Shown here piece after piece: positions 50,581 to 62,616 of a DNA stretch of 64,000 nt (positions are counted from its first letter, which is position 1; each line of letters opens with the position of its first letter). Made by a program: the position numbers and the translations under genes. Source of the stretch: Mobula hypostoma. Lineage: Eukaryota. The notes beneath the pieces are model-generated. The model did no database searches, was not told where the DNA came from, and saw nothing but the letters and a program-made list of their open reading frames with translations. The DNA lies in assembly GCF_963921235.1 (NCBI RefSeq), contig NC_086097.1, positions 119,476,001 to 119,540,000 of the forward strand. Reading direction: 5' to 3'.

Positions 50581-51903
50581 ACTGTATTTTGCATTCCACA
50601 GTCCCGAGAAGACACCAAACTGTGTAGAGGGAGAGAAAGTTTGAAAAAAGTGAGCAGGGGAGTCAGCACATTTTGCACACCACAGATCCCAAGGAGATAA
50701 TGCATTGTACACAATTAGGCACTTGGCAAGGAACCAATAAAAAAGGTTAGGTTTAAGTGTAGCGACTATTGTAGGAGTGACCATTGTGTGAGTGGAACAG
50801 TGTTAGAGTGAGGAGTTCAGGCTTTGATATAGATGTTTGGAGGGAAGAGGCAAATGCTGTAGGTAGATTATCTATTGCTCAAACTTTTCTTTTTTTCTGT
50901 CTCATTGAACATTTAGTGCAGTGGGGGTGCCTGTCAGGATACTGGAATGCTCCTCTTGTAGAATATGGGAAGGCAGGAAGATCTCCAGTTTCCCTGACAG
51001 CTACTCTGCAAGAAGTACATCCAGCTGCAGCTTCTACAGGCCATAGTAAGGAATTCGAGTGGAAGTGGATAAACTCCAGATCATTTGGGAGGCTCAGGGT
51101 TTGATAGGGAGGGCATACACCCAAGATGGAGGGCAAAGTTAACTGGGAGATCGTCAGGAGTGTGAAAGGAGATAGGCAGCCAGTGCAGAGTACTCCTGTG
51201 GCTGTTCCCTTAACAACAAGTATACTGCTTTGGATAGTGTTGGAGGGGGAGTGCGGTGGCCTAGCTGAGAAAAGTTGCCACAGTCTGGTCTCTGGCACTG
51301 AGTCTGGCTCTGTTGCTCAGAAGGGAAGCGGGGGGAAGATGTGAGCTGTAGAGATAGGTTATCCATTAGCTTGGAGAGCACAAAGGATGTTCTGTGAATG
51401 AGAACATGATTCCCAAATGGTACGTTGCCTTCTAGGTGCCAGAGTCGGGAACATCTAGGTTAGAGTCCACAGCATTTTTAAGTAGGAAGGTGATCAGCCA
51501 GAAATCATGCTCCCTGTGAAATCAAAGTCCTGCAAAGTGAGTTAAAGTGCTAAGTTAAAGGACAGGACATCTAGGACTGTGATCTCAGGATTGATACCTA
51601 TCCCACGTGCTACTGAGGCAAGAAATAGGAAGATTATACAGTTTAACAAGTGGATTAGGAGTTGGTGCATGAGAAAGGCTTTGGGTTTTTAGGTCATTAG
51701 GATCTCTTGCAAGGAAGGCGGGACCTCAACAGAATTTGCTAGTGCTGCACAGGGAGATTTTAAACTAGAGTTACAGGGGAGTGGAAACCGGAGTATCAGA
51801 GCAGACAGTGGAGTGCTATTGAGGAAAGATGTTGTAAGCCTAAATACAAAGTCAGGAATTGAATGATCGAGCACGGAGGAACTATTTCAATGCAAGGAGT
51901 ATA

Positions 51904-52591
51904 AGGTTTGTCCATCGTCATCGATGCCTCAACACCATTAGTACTTTTTATGAGGTCAAATTGCTAGCTCGACACTCAACCCAGCACGGATGGAAAGCGT
52001 GCCCGGGTGCGGCCCGACTGGATTCAAACTCGGGAAACTTCGCTCCAGAGTCCGGCGCTGATGTCACTGCGCCACCAGCCGGCTTGATGGTGTCGAGACA
52101 GTGCTTGATCTGGATTTAAGTGAGGGAGAGTTCGCAGCGTCAGCCCCACTCTCTCTTCCCAATTCCTATCTGGATCCAGTGGCAAGACAAGAGTCGAGAC
52201 GGCCGGAGATGGGAGTAGGTGCAGTGGATGACCAGGACATTTTCTGTGTCTTGTCCTGCTCTACACGTTCCACAATGCTTGCAGAGACTGCCTTCTTGAC
52301 CATTGGACCTTCCACTGGTCTCGTCCTCTCAATCCGCCGGAATCTGATATCACATGCTGGGATAGACATCTCCCTATCTCACCGAGGATTTGAGTCCCAT
52401 TGGCTACCCTCACCTGGTTTATCCGGCTTGTTGAAGCCATCGCCCGGGTTGTGGCTGCTGTTGCATGCAAACAGCTACAAGGAGCCACAGGTGAGAGCTG
52501 AGTGCCAGGTGGGGACCAAAGGTGGACTAACCGCCTTAAAAAGGACGCGACATGTTCCCCCACCAGAGGTGCCACCCTCCCTGACACCCCA
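51904..52591 (-). mobile_element. Composite non-autonomous retroposon: RTE-like leader upstream of a tRNA-derived SINE unit
   Basis: A box TGGCGCAGTG and B box GAGTTTGAATCC (52083-52020); upstream ~500 nt resembles RTE 5' UTRs from memory; TSD CAAGG(A/T)GTAT at 51893-902 and 53352-61. Confidence 0.65.
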
Positions 52592-53349
52592 TACATAGAA
52601 ACATAGAAACATAGAAAATAGGTGCAGGAGTAGGCCATTCAGCCCTTCGAGCCTGCACCGCCATTTATTATGATCATGACTGATCATCCAACTCAGAACC
52701 CCGCCCCAGCCTTCCCTCCATACCCCCTGATCCCCGTAGCCACAAGGGCCATATCTAACTCCCTCTTAAATATAGCCAATGAACCGGCCTCAACTGTTCC
52801 CTGTGGCAGAGAATTCCACAGATTCACCACTCTCTGTGTGAAGAAGTTTTTCCTAATCTCGGTCCTAAAAGGCTTCCCCTCTATCCTCAAACTGTGACCC
52901 CTCGTTCTGGACTTCCCCAACATCGGGAACAATCTTCCTGCATCTAGCCTGTCCAATCCCTTTAGGATCTTATACGTTTCAATCAGATCCCCCCTCAATC
53001 TTCTAAATTCCAATGAGTACAAGCCCAGTTCATCCAGTCTTTCTTCATATGAAAGTCCTGCCATCCCAGGAATCAATCTGGTGAACCTTCTTTGTACTCC
53101 CTCTATGGCAAAGATGTCTTTCCTCAGGATAGGGGACCAAAACTGCACACAATACTCCAGGTGTGGTCTCACCAAGGCCTTGTACAACTGCAGTAGTACC
53201 TCCCTGCTCCTGTACTCGAATCCTCTCGCTATAAATGCCAGCATACCATTCGCCTTTTTCACCGCCTGCTGTACCTGCATGCCCACTTTCAATGACTGGT
53301 GTATAATGACACCCAGGTCTCGTTGCACCTCCCCTTTTCCTAATCGGCC
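52592..53349 (-). mobile_element. Young CR1 3' fragment
   Basis: ORF 53328-52693 nearly identical to the C-terminus of the 59434-62043 ORF; (CATAGAAA)n tail. Confidence 0.97.
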
Positions 53350-54346
53350 CCCAAGGTGTATTGTAGGAAAGACAGGTGAGCTCAGGGAATGGAAGCATGT
53401 GGAATTATGACATTGTAACCATTAGTGAGACTTGTTTGCAAGAGGGGTGGACTGGCAGCTCAATGTTCTGGGGTTCCGTTGTTTTAAACATGATAGTGTG
53501 TGAGGGGTTAAAGGGGGAGGGGAGGCATTACTAGTCAGGGAAAAGTCACAGCAGTGCTTAGTCACGACATACTGGAGAACTTGTCCAGTGAGCCTTTATG
53601 GGTAGAACTAAGAAATAAGAAAGATATGATCACATTAATGGGATTACATTATAGACCATTCAACAGTCTGTGGGATTTAAAGGAACAAATTTGTAGAGAG
53701 ATTGCAGATTGTTGCAGGAAATATAAGATTGTGATAGTAGGTGATTTTAACTTTCCACATATTGACTTAGACTCCCATACTGTAAAATGGCTGGATGGGG
53801 ATGAGCTTGTCAAATATGTTCAGGAAAGTTTCCTTAATCAGTACATAGAAGTCCCAACTGGAAAGTCTGCGATACTAGATCTCCTATTAGGGAATGAGAT
53901 GGAGCAGGTGACATTAGTGTCAAGGTAATTATGTATAAGGACAGGACTGGTCTTCAGGTTGAGATTCTGAATTGGGGAAAGGCCAATTTTGATGGTATCA
54001 GAAAGGATCTGGCAAGTTTGGATTGGGACTGTCTGTTTTCTGGCAAAGGTGTACTTGGTAAGTGGGAGGCCTTCAAGAATGAAAATTTGAGTATACAGAG
54101 TTTTATCTTCCTATCAGAATAAAAGGCAAGGATAACAGATTTAGGGAACCTTGGTTTTCAAGAGATATTGAGGCCTGGGTTAAGAAAAAGAAGGAAGTGC
54201 ATAGCAGGTATAGGCAGGATGGAACAAATGAGATACTTGAGGAGTATAAAAAATGCCAGAGAACACAAGGCGGAAATCAGGAGGGCTAAAGGAAGGCATG
54301 AGGTTGCCTTAGTGGACAAGGAGAAGGAGAATCCTAAGGGTTTCTT

Positions 54347-55222
54347 CAGAGGATGCTAAGAGGATGCAGGATGACTTGGATAGGTTGGGTGAGTGGGCAA
54401 ATTCACGGCAGATGCAATTTAATGTGGATAAATGTGAAGTTATCCACTTTCGTGGCAAAAATAGGAAAACAGATTATTATCTGAATGGTGGCCGATTAGG
54501 AAAAGGGGATGTGTAACGAGACCTGGGTGTCATTATACACCAGTCATTGAAAGTGGGCATGCAGGTACAGCAGGCGGTGAAAAAGGCGAATGGTATGCTG
54601 ACATTTATAGCGAGAGGAATCGAGTACAGGAGCAGGGAGGTATTACTGCAGTTGTACAAGGCCTTGGTGAGACCACACCTGGAGTATTGTGTGCAGTTTT
54701 GGTCCCCTAATCTGAGGAAAGACATCCTTGCCATAGAGGGAGTACAAAGAAGGTTCACCAGATTGATTCCTGGGATGGCAGGACTTTCATATGAAGAAAG
54801 ACTGGATGAACTGGGCTTGTACTCGTTGGAATTTAGAAGATTGAGGGGGGATCTGATTGAAACGTATAAGATCCTAAAGGGATTGGACAGGCTAGATGCA
54901 GGAATATTGTTCCCGATGTTGGGGAAGTCCAGAACGAGGGGCCACAGTTTGAGGATAGAGGGGAAGCCTTTTAGGACCGAGATTAGGAAAAACTTCTTCA
55001 TGCAGAGAGTGCTGAATCTGTGGAATTCTCTGCCACAGGAAACAGTTGAGGCCAGTTCATTGGCTATATTTAAGAGGAAGTTAGATATGGCCCTTGTGGC
55101 TACGGGGGTCAGGGGGTATGGAGGGAAGGCTGGGGCGGCGTTCTGAGTTGGATGATCAGCCATGATCATAATAAATGGCGGTGCAGGCTCGAAGGGCCGA
55201 ATGGCCTACTCCTGCACCTATT
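54347..55222 (+). mobile_element. Young CR1 3' fragment
   Basis: ORF 54547-55146; (TTTCTATG)n tail. Confidence 0.97.
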
Positions 55223-55689
55223 TTCTATGTTTCTATGTTTCTATATATTAGCAGGAAAGTTATTGGAAGGTGTACTGAGGGACAATATATATGAGTACAG
55301 TAGCTGGATAAAGGCTGGAAGCTGCAGATGACTTGTGGATGGAGGACTGGGTGTTTGTACTTGGGAGGTAAAGGGCTTGTTCTGCTGCTGTTTTTTGTTG
55401 TTTCTTGCATTCTGTTTTGTTGTGTTCTGTTCAGTTTTCTCTGCCAAGCAGTGTGGGCATCTATGCCGGGGCCGGAGTGCGAGGCAACACTTGCAGACTA
55501 CCCCAGCAAATCCTTAGGTGTGTTGGTTATTAAAGCAACCATTTTACTGTATGTTTCGATGTATATGTGATAAATAAATGAATCCCAATGTGAATCTGAA
55601 ATAACGTTGATCAAAGCTGTAGGTCTGATTGCAAACCGAGCACGCTGTTATCCAAGAGAGCTCATAAGAAATAGCATATAATTCTATAA

Positions 55690-56168
55690 ATGCAAGAGAT
55701 TCTGCAGATGCTGGAAATCCAGAGTAACACACACAAAATGCTGGAGAAACTCCGCAGATCAGGCACCATCTCTATGAAAGGGAATAAGGAGTCGATAATT
55801 CAGGTTGAGACCCTTCATCAGGGCTTGAAAGGAAGGGGGAAGAAGCCAGAATAAAAAGTTGGAGGGAGGGGATGAAGTTCAAGCTGGAAGGTGATAAATG
55901 AAGTCATGGAAGAGGAAAAGTTGGTGGATGGGGGAGAGGGCAGTGAAGTGAGAAGCTGGGAGGTGATTGCTGGAATAGGGAAAAAGGTTGAAAAAAAGGA
56001 ATCTGACGGGAGACGAGAGTGGCCCATGAAAGAAAGGGGAGGAGGATGGGCACAAGAGGGTGGTGAAAGGCAGGTGAGGAGAAGAGAAGGGGTAACGGGG
56101 GGGGGCAGAATAGAGAATGGAAAAGGAGAGGGGGGGAGAAATTACAGTAAGTTGGAGAAATCGCTTCT
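55690..56168 (-). mobile_element. Penelope-like 3' end with hammerhead-like motif
   Basis: DFSN end of the GIY-YIG ORF, pyrimidine-rich 3' UTR, and CTGATGA-agggtctcaacct-GAAT at 55821-55798. Confidence 0.8.
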
Positions 56169-56245
56169 ATAAAACTAAATTTTATAAAACCAAACTATTT
56201 CTGCTTGTCTATAAATAAAACAGCAACTGGTAGTGGAAGGCTTAC

Positions 56246-56418
56246 TTCTGAATGGTTTACTACTAGAGGTAGAACGTAAGCTAAAAAATACAGTGAGTGC
56301 AGAACATTCTATTCAATACTGAAGTAAATGGCAATGATGAAAATATGGAAGTAGGTTCAATAATAACAAAACTCAGCAGAAAGAAGTCTCCAGAATTTGA
56401 TAGTTTCCACCTCAGGAT
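56246..56418 (-). pseudogene. Pseudo-exon: PEVETIKFWRLLSAEFCYY*TYFHIFIIAIYFSIE*NVLHSLYFLAYVLPLVVNHSE
   Basis: Donor GAA|GTAAGC; pyrimidine tract ending CAT (mutated CAG); phases match both neighbours. Confidence 0.65.
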
Positions 56419-57129
56419 ATGAAAAGGAAGTGGGAGGGGGAAATTGTAGAAGCATAAATCTCTTAAAGCTCTCTTGAATTGCACCACTAGACTGGGATGT
56501 TGTTAAAGTTGCTCTATTATACAAGAAAGATGGGAGCTAGAAATCAGGTAACCACAGAACTGTCGTTTTAATGTGAGCTGTAGAGAGCTGTTAGAATCTG
56601 TTATGGGGAATGAGGGGACATATCTTGGCAGATTGGAGAGTGCAAGCGCGGCTTTGCTGAAATAAATCATTGTCAACAAACATTTCTGAATTTCTGAAGA
56701 GTCATCAGATGATCTACAGTAAGATTATAAACAAAAGATTATTGAAAAAAATGAAAGTGCAAGAAAGTGGAGGCATCACATGTTTGGCTCAGAATATCAA
56801 TTAGTGGGAAGAGGGAGGCAGTGAGGGAAGTTAAAAAGTATGCACTCAGTTTAAAGATATTTAAGAAATGCTGTTATAAAGTGATGGGTACCACTTAACA
56901 GCTTTGCTCACTTTGACTGTCAAAGCATGGACCTCCTCTCTGATGGTAGTCATAAAATTGAGCAGGTCCTAGGTGATGGTGGGTCCTTAATAATGGATGG
57001 TGCCTTTTCAAGGCATTGCATTTTGAAATGTCTATGATGGAGCTGGCTGAGTTTGCAGCTCTGCAGCTTTTTTTTCTGATCTTGTGCAATGGCCCTTCCA
57101 TACCAGGTGGTGATGCAACTCGATAGAAT

Positions 57130-58200
57130 TGTTCACTAATGACATGACAGTGGAGCTCATCACCAGCGACAATGAGACAGCCTGTAGAGTGGAGGTGGAC
57201 GAGCTCGAGCCCTGTTGTCAGGCAAATAACCTCTTCCTTAATGTCAACAAGACAAAGAAGATGGTTTTTAACTTCAGAAGGAGTCAGACCACTCATTCCC
57301 CACTTTACATCAACAGCACAGCAGTGAAAACTGCCAGCAGTTTCAGACTCCTGGGAGAGCACATCTCGCAAACCACTCATGGTCCCAGAACACATTCTGC
57401 ACAATCTAGAAAGCTCACCAATTCCTCTACTTTCTGAGGAGGCAGAAGAGATCTGCTTGGTATGATGGTAGAGGCAAAATTAATTGTAGGCTTTTAAGAA
57501 ACGTTTTGATAGGTTCATGAATATGAGGAAGATGGAGGCATTGTGTAGGTAGGAGAGATTAGTTTTTGGGGATTTTTGATTTACTTTTTAGCTGGTTTGG
57601 TACAACGTTGTGGATCGAAGGACCTGTTACTGTACTCTACTGTTCTATGTTCTATTTCTACTCGTGTCATTCTGCAGATGCACAGTAGACAGCATACTAA
57701 CAAGCTACATCACCGTATGATACAGAAAGCCTACTGCAGAAGACAGAAAGGCTCTGCAATGGGTAGTCAAAACTGCTCAACACATCACTGGCAGTAGGCG
57801 AACCACCATCAAGGACATATATACAGAAAGGTGCCAGAAACGGGTCAGTAACACCATGAAAGGTCCCACTCAGCCTACTCATGGACTGTTTGTCCCACTC
57901 CCATTAGGGAGGAAGCTATGTAGCATCCACATCAGGACTACTAGACTTAAAAGCAGTTATATTCCCCAAGCAGTAAGGCTGATTAGCACTTCCACCCAGC
58001 AACTCACCCGTCCACACCTCACACCCCCCCACATTATCATTTCAGCTGCTATTCTGCTGCTAAAAGACTCTTAAATGTTGAAGATGAACTCTTGATCTCA
58101 ATCTACCTAATCATGGCCTTGCAAACTATATGTTGACCTGCACTGCACTTTCTTTGTAATATTATAATGTGCAGTATGCTATTGATTTTCATTTTGTGTT
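57130..58200 (+). mobile_element. Degenerate Rex1/Babar fragments with a nested CR1 tail (57455-57655)
   Basis: NNLFLNVNKTKKMVFNFRR; HGLFVPLPLGRK..IRTTRLKSSYIPQAVRL. Confidence 0.8.
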
Positions 58201-59337
58201 GTCTTGCTGTATCATTTGAATCCGATTCCTCTCATGGGTAAATTCAGATTATTTAAATCATATTAAAATTAGAGCCAGCCCATTAACGTGAGAAATCTGT
58301 TTATACTGCCTCACACAAACAGCAATGGAAATCCCAAAGTACATCTCTCAAACTGAGGGTTATAGGATGACTAAGACCTGTTATTGGTCAAGTGAAATCA
58401 GACGGGCTTTGATCTGAAATGTTAACTCAGGTTCTTCTTCCATACATGCTGCCTGCTTGCTGATTATCTTCACCATTTTCAGTTAGTATTTCAGAATTTC
58501 AGCATCTGACTTTTCTAGACTTTTGAGACCCAATTTGCTTCATTTACAGTTGAAAAAAATATGCTTCATGCCCAGATAATGCTGTATGAATCCTTGGATT
58601 CTTATTTTTTAAATTTTATTTGTTATTGAGAAATACAACCCATGACCCGTGATGCCCAATTACATGACTATGTCACCAATTAACGTACCAACCCATACAT
58701 CCTTGGAATAGGAAAGAAAGCCAGAGCACAAAGGAAATTCAAGTGGTCACAGGGAGAACTTGTAGTCTCCTCACAGACAGTGCTGGGAATTGAACCTGGG
58801 TCTCTGGTGCTGTAATAGCATTATGTTAACCACTTTGCTACGGTGCCACTCCTATTCAAGGACATTTATTATCAGATTGTTGACCGTTTATCAAAGGAAC
58901 TAGGTTAGGAAATTCACTATGCAACTTGAAGTTATTCGTAGCTTGCACTTTATTGTCTCTGCACAAACAACAAAGTAACTTTGTTGACCCCAGGCCAACA
59001 ATTTAGAATGTGAATTCTACTCTTCCTTCTGTACCAATAAGACAACTTTTCCAATTTATAACACTGAAATAGGGGATCTCTGTTGGCCAGATGTTTGATC
59101 CATTTTAATCCCAAACCTTGGTGTATGAGTTCTTCCCTGCAATGGTGGGTCTCTTGAGAGTTGTCGCTAATGCTCAAAGTGTCCACTTTTATACTCGTTC
59201 CTTACCAATTCAAAAATTGCATTCCAACGTTGTTGGCTGTAGGTCATCTGATTGACCATCAACATCTTTTTATTGGCTGTCCTCTGGGGCAGCATCCATT
59301 TACTGCCCTCTTCCCAGCAAGTGACAATCGGTATTTT

Positions 59338-62160
59338 AGAAACATAGAAACATAGAAAATAGGTGCAGGAGTAGGCCATTCGGCCCTTCGAGCCTGCACC
59401 GCCATTTATTATGATCATGGCTGATCATCCAACTCAGAACCCAGCCTTCCCTCCATACCCCCTGACCCCTGTAGCCACAAGGGCCATATCTAACTTCCTT
59501 TTAAACATAGCTAATGAACTGGCCTCAACAGTTTGCTGTGGCAGAGAATTCCACAGATTCACCACTCTCTGTGTGAAGAAGTTTTTCCTAACCTCGGTCC
59601 TAAAAGGCTTCCCCTCTATCCTCAAACTGTGACCCCTCGTTCTAGACCTCCCCAACATCGGGAACAATCTTCCCGCATCTACCCTGTCCAATCCCTTTAG
59701 GATCTTATACGTTTCAATCAGATCCCCCCTCAAACTTCTAAATTCCAACGAGTACAAGCCCAGTTCATCCAGTCTTTCTTCATATGAAAGACCTGCCATC
59801 CCAGGAATCAATCTGGTGAACCTTCTTTGTACTCCCTCTATGGCAAAGATGTCTTTCCTCAGATTAGGGGACCAAAACTGCACACAATACTCCAGGTGTG
59901 GTCTCACCAAGGCCTTGTACAACTGCAGTAGTACCTCCCTGCTCCTGTACTCGAATCCTCTCGCTATAAATGCCAGCATACCGTTCGCCTTTTTCACCGC
60001 CTGCTGTACCTGCATGCCCACTTTCAATGACTGGTGTATAATGACACCCAGGTCTCGTTGCACCTCCCCTTTTCCTAATCGGCCACCATTCAGATAATAA
60101 TCTGTTTTCCTATTTTTGCCACCAAAGTGGATAACTTCACATTTATCCACATTAAATTGCATCTGCCATGAGTTTGCCCACTCACCCAACCTATCCAAGT
60201 CACCCTGCATCCTCTTAGCATCCTCCTCACTGCTAACACTGCCACCCAGCTTCGTGTCATCCGCAAACTTGGAGATGCTGCATTTAATTCCCTCATCCAA
60301 GTCATTAATATATATTGTAAACAACTGGGGTCCCAGCACTGAGCCTTGCGGTACCCCACTAGTCACCGCCTGCCATTCTGAAAAGGTCCCGTTTATTCCC
60401 ACTCTTTGCTTCCTGTCTGCTAACCAATTCTCCACCCACACCAATACCTTACCCCCAATACCGTGTGCTTTAAGTTTGCACACTAATCTCCTATGTGGGA
60501 CCTTGTCAAAAGCCTTTTGAAAATCCAAATATACCACATCCACTGGTTCTCCCCTATCCACTCTACTAGTTACATCCTCAAAAAATTCTATGAGATTCGT
60601 CAGACATGATTTTCCTTTCACAAATCCATGCTGACTTTGTCCGATCATTTCACCGCTTTCCAAATGTGCTGTTATCACATCCTTGATAACTGACTCCAGC
60701 AGTTTCCCCACCACCGACGTTAGACTAACCGGCCTATAATTCCCCGGTTTCTCTCTCCCTCCTTTTTTAAAAAGTGGGGTTACATTAGCCACCCTCCAAT
60801 CCTCAGGAACTAGTCCAGAATCTAATGAGTTTTGGAAAATTATCACTAATGCATCCACTATTTCTTGGGCCACTTCCTTAAGCACTCTGGGATGCAGACC
60901 ATCTGGCCCTGGGGATTTATCTGCCTTCAATCCCTTCAATTTACCTAACACCACTTCCCTACTAACATGTATTTCGCTCAGTTCCTCCATCTCACTGGAC
61001 CCTCTGTCCCTTACTATTTCTGGAAGATTATTTATGTCCTCCTTAGTGAAGACAGAACCAAAGTAATTATTCAATTGGTCTGCCATGTCCTTGCTCCCCA
61101 TAATCAATTCACCTGTTTCTGTTTGCAGGGGACCTACATTTGTCTTTATCAGTCTTTTCCTTTTTACATATCTATAAAAGCTTTTACAGTCCGTTTTTAT
61201 GTTCTCTGCCAGTTTTCTCTCATAATCTTTTTTCCCCTTCCTAATTAAGCCCTTTGTCCTCCTCTGCTGAACTCTGAATTTCTCCCAGTCCTCAGGTGAG
61301 CCACTTTCTCTGGCTAATTTGTATGCTACTTCTTTGGAATTGATACTATCCCTAATTTCTCTTGTCAGCCACGGGTGCACTACCTTCCTTGATTTATTCT
61401 TTTGCCAAACTGGGATGAACAATTGTTGTAGTTCATCCATGCAACCTTTAAATGCCTGCCATTGCATATCCACCGTGAATCCTTGAAGTGTCATTTGCCA
61501 GTCTATCTTAGCTAATTCATGTCTCATACCTTCAAAGTTACCCCTCTTTAAGTTCAGAACCTTTGTTTCTGAATTAACTACGTCACTCTCCATGTTAATG
61601 AAGAATTCCACCATATTATGGTCACTCTTACCCAAGGGGCCTCTCACGACAAGATCGCTAATTAACCCTTCCTCATTGCTCAAAACCCAGTCCAGAATAG
61701 CCTGCTCTCTCGTCGGTTCCTCGACATGTTGGTTCAAAAAACCATCCCGCATACATTCCAAGAAATCCTCTTCCTCAGCACCTTTACCAATTTGGTTCAC
61801 CCAGTCTACATGTAGATTGAAGTCACCCATTATAACTGCTGTTCCTTTATTGCACACATTTCTAATTTCCTGTTTAATACCATCTCCGACCTCACTACTA
61901 CTGTTAGGTGGCCTGTACACAACTCCCACCAGCGTCTTCTGCCCCTTAGTGTTACGCAGCTCTACCCATATCGATTCCACATCTTCCCGGCTTATGTCCT
62001 TCCTTTCTATTGCGTTAATCTCTTTTTTAACCAGCAACGCCACCCCACCTCCCCTTCCTTCATGTCTATCCCTCCTGAATATTGAATATCCCTGAACGTT
62101 GAGCTCCCATCCCTGGTCACCCTGGAGCCATGTCTCTGTGATCCCAACTATATCATAATC
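59338..62160 (-). mobile_element. Young CR1 LINE, 5'-truncated within APE
   Basis: Uninterrupted 869-aa ORF; (AGAAACAT)n tail; ATTTTA duplicated at both ends. Confidence 0.98.
59434..62043 (-). CDS. CR1 ORF2 (partial APE endonuclease plus reverse transcriptase), open frame
   Basis: VYRPP, MGDFN, SDH; NYRPVSLTS, PQGSVLGP, FADD. The frame is open to ~62160 but lacks the APE N-terminus. Confidence 0.9.
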   Translation of the reverse strand: MALLVKKEINAIERKDISREDVESIWVELRNTKGQKTLVGVVYRPPNSSSEVGDGIKQEIRNVCNKGTAVIMGDFNLHVDWVNQIGKGAEEEDFLECMRDGFLNQHVEEPTREQAILDWVLSNEEGLISDLVVRGPLGKSDHNMVEFFINMESDVVNSETKVLNLKRGNFEGMRHELAKIDWQMTLQGFTVDMQWQAFKGCMDELQQLFIPVWQKNKSRKVVHPWLTREIRDSINSKEVAYKLARESGSPEDWEKFRVQQRRTKGLIRKGKKDYERKLAENIKTDCKSFYRYVKRKRLIKTNVGPLQTETGELIMGSKDMADQLNNYFGSVFTKEDINNLPEIVRDRGSSEMEELSEIHVSREVVLGKLKGLKADKSPGPDGLHPRVLKEVAQEIVDALVIIFQNSLDSGLVPEDWRVANVTPLFKKGGREKPGNYRPVSLTSVVGKLLESVIKDVITAHLESGEMIGQSQHGFVKGKSCLTNLIEFFEDVTSRVDRGEPVDVVYLDFQKAFDKVPHRRLVCKLKAHGIGGKVLVWVENWLADRKQRVGINGTFSEWQAVTSGVPQGSVLGPQLFTIYINDLDEGIKCSISKFADDTKLGGSVSSEEDAKRMQGDLDRLGEWANSWQMQFNVDKCEVIHFGGKNRKTDYYLNGGRLGKGEVQRDLGVIIHQSLKVGMQVQQAVKKANGMLAFIARGFEYRSREVLLQLYKALVRPHLEYCVQFWSPNLRKDIFAIEGVQRRFTRLIPGMAGLSYEERLDELGLYSLEFRSLRGDLIETYKILKGLDRVDAGRLFPMLGRSRTRGHSLRIEGKPFRTEVRKNFFTQRVVNLWNSLPQQTVEASSLAMFKRKLDMALVATGVRGYGGKAGF

Positions 62161-62379
62161 ATTTTATAGCTCTTTGTTCTCTTCAGTAACCAACTCAAAT
62201 CACTTCAGGCAGACACCAACCCCAACATTCACAAACCTGCATGTTATATCCAAACAAAGAACATCTCACAAATAACGTCTTATTTGGAAATGATCTCTAG
62301 TCCCACAGATTACCTGAAGCATCATTGTGTATATTTCAAAATGCAGAAAGCAAAGCAACTTCATCTCACAAAATGGAGG

Positions 62380-62616
62380 ACATAAAACATAGAAACATAG
62401 AAACATAGAAAATAGGTGCAGGAGTAGGCCATTCGGCCCTTCGAGCCTGCACCGCTATTTATTTTGATCATGGCTGATTCTCCAACTCAGAACCCCGCCC
62501 CAGCCTTCCCTCCATACCCCCTGACCCCTGTAGCCACAAGGGCCATATCTAACTCCCTCTTAAATATAGTCAATGAACTGGCCTCAACTGTTTCCTGTGG
62601 CAGAGAATTCCACAGA
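62380..62616 (-). mobile_element. Young CR1 3' end, about 240 bp
   Basis: LWNSLPQETVEASSL... and three tail repeats. Confidence 0.95.

Larger units (their letters stand above)
50595..54345 (+). mobile_element. Old CR1 5' region (ORF1 50595-51903; APE 53352-54345) split by nested insertions
   Basis: PVAVPL ORF1 remnant; YFNARSI | VGKTGELR; LWVELRNKK..GDFNFPHID..ILDLLLGNE. Confidence 0.88.

Noticed and set aside
52015..52085. tRNA gene
   Set aside because: The A/B boxes are part of a SINE head without a full cloverleaf; the same applies to 37395-37464.
59816..62095. Recurrent antisense ORFs (MNLLCTPS..., MPPKWI...)
   Set aside because: Shadow frames of CR1 ORF2, repeated only because the LINE is repeated.
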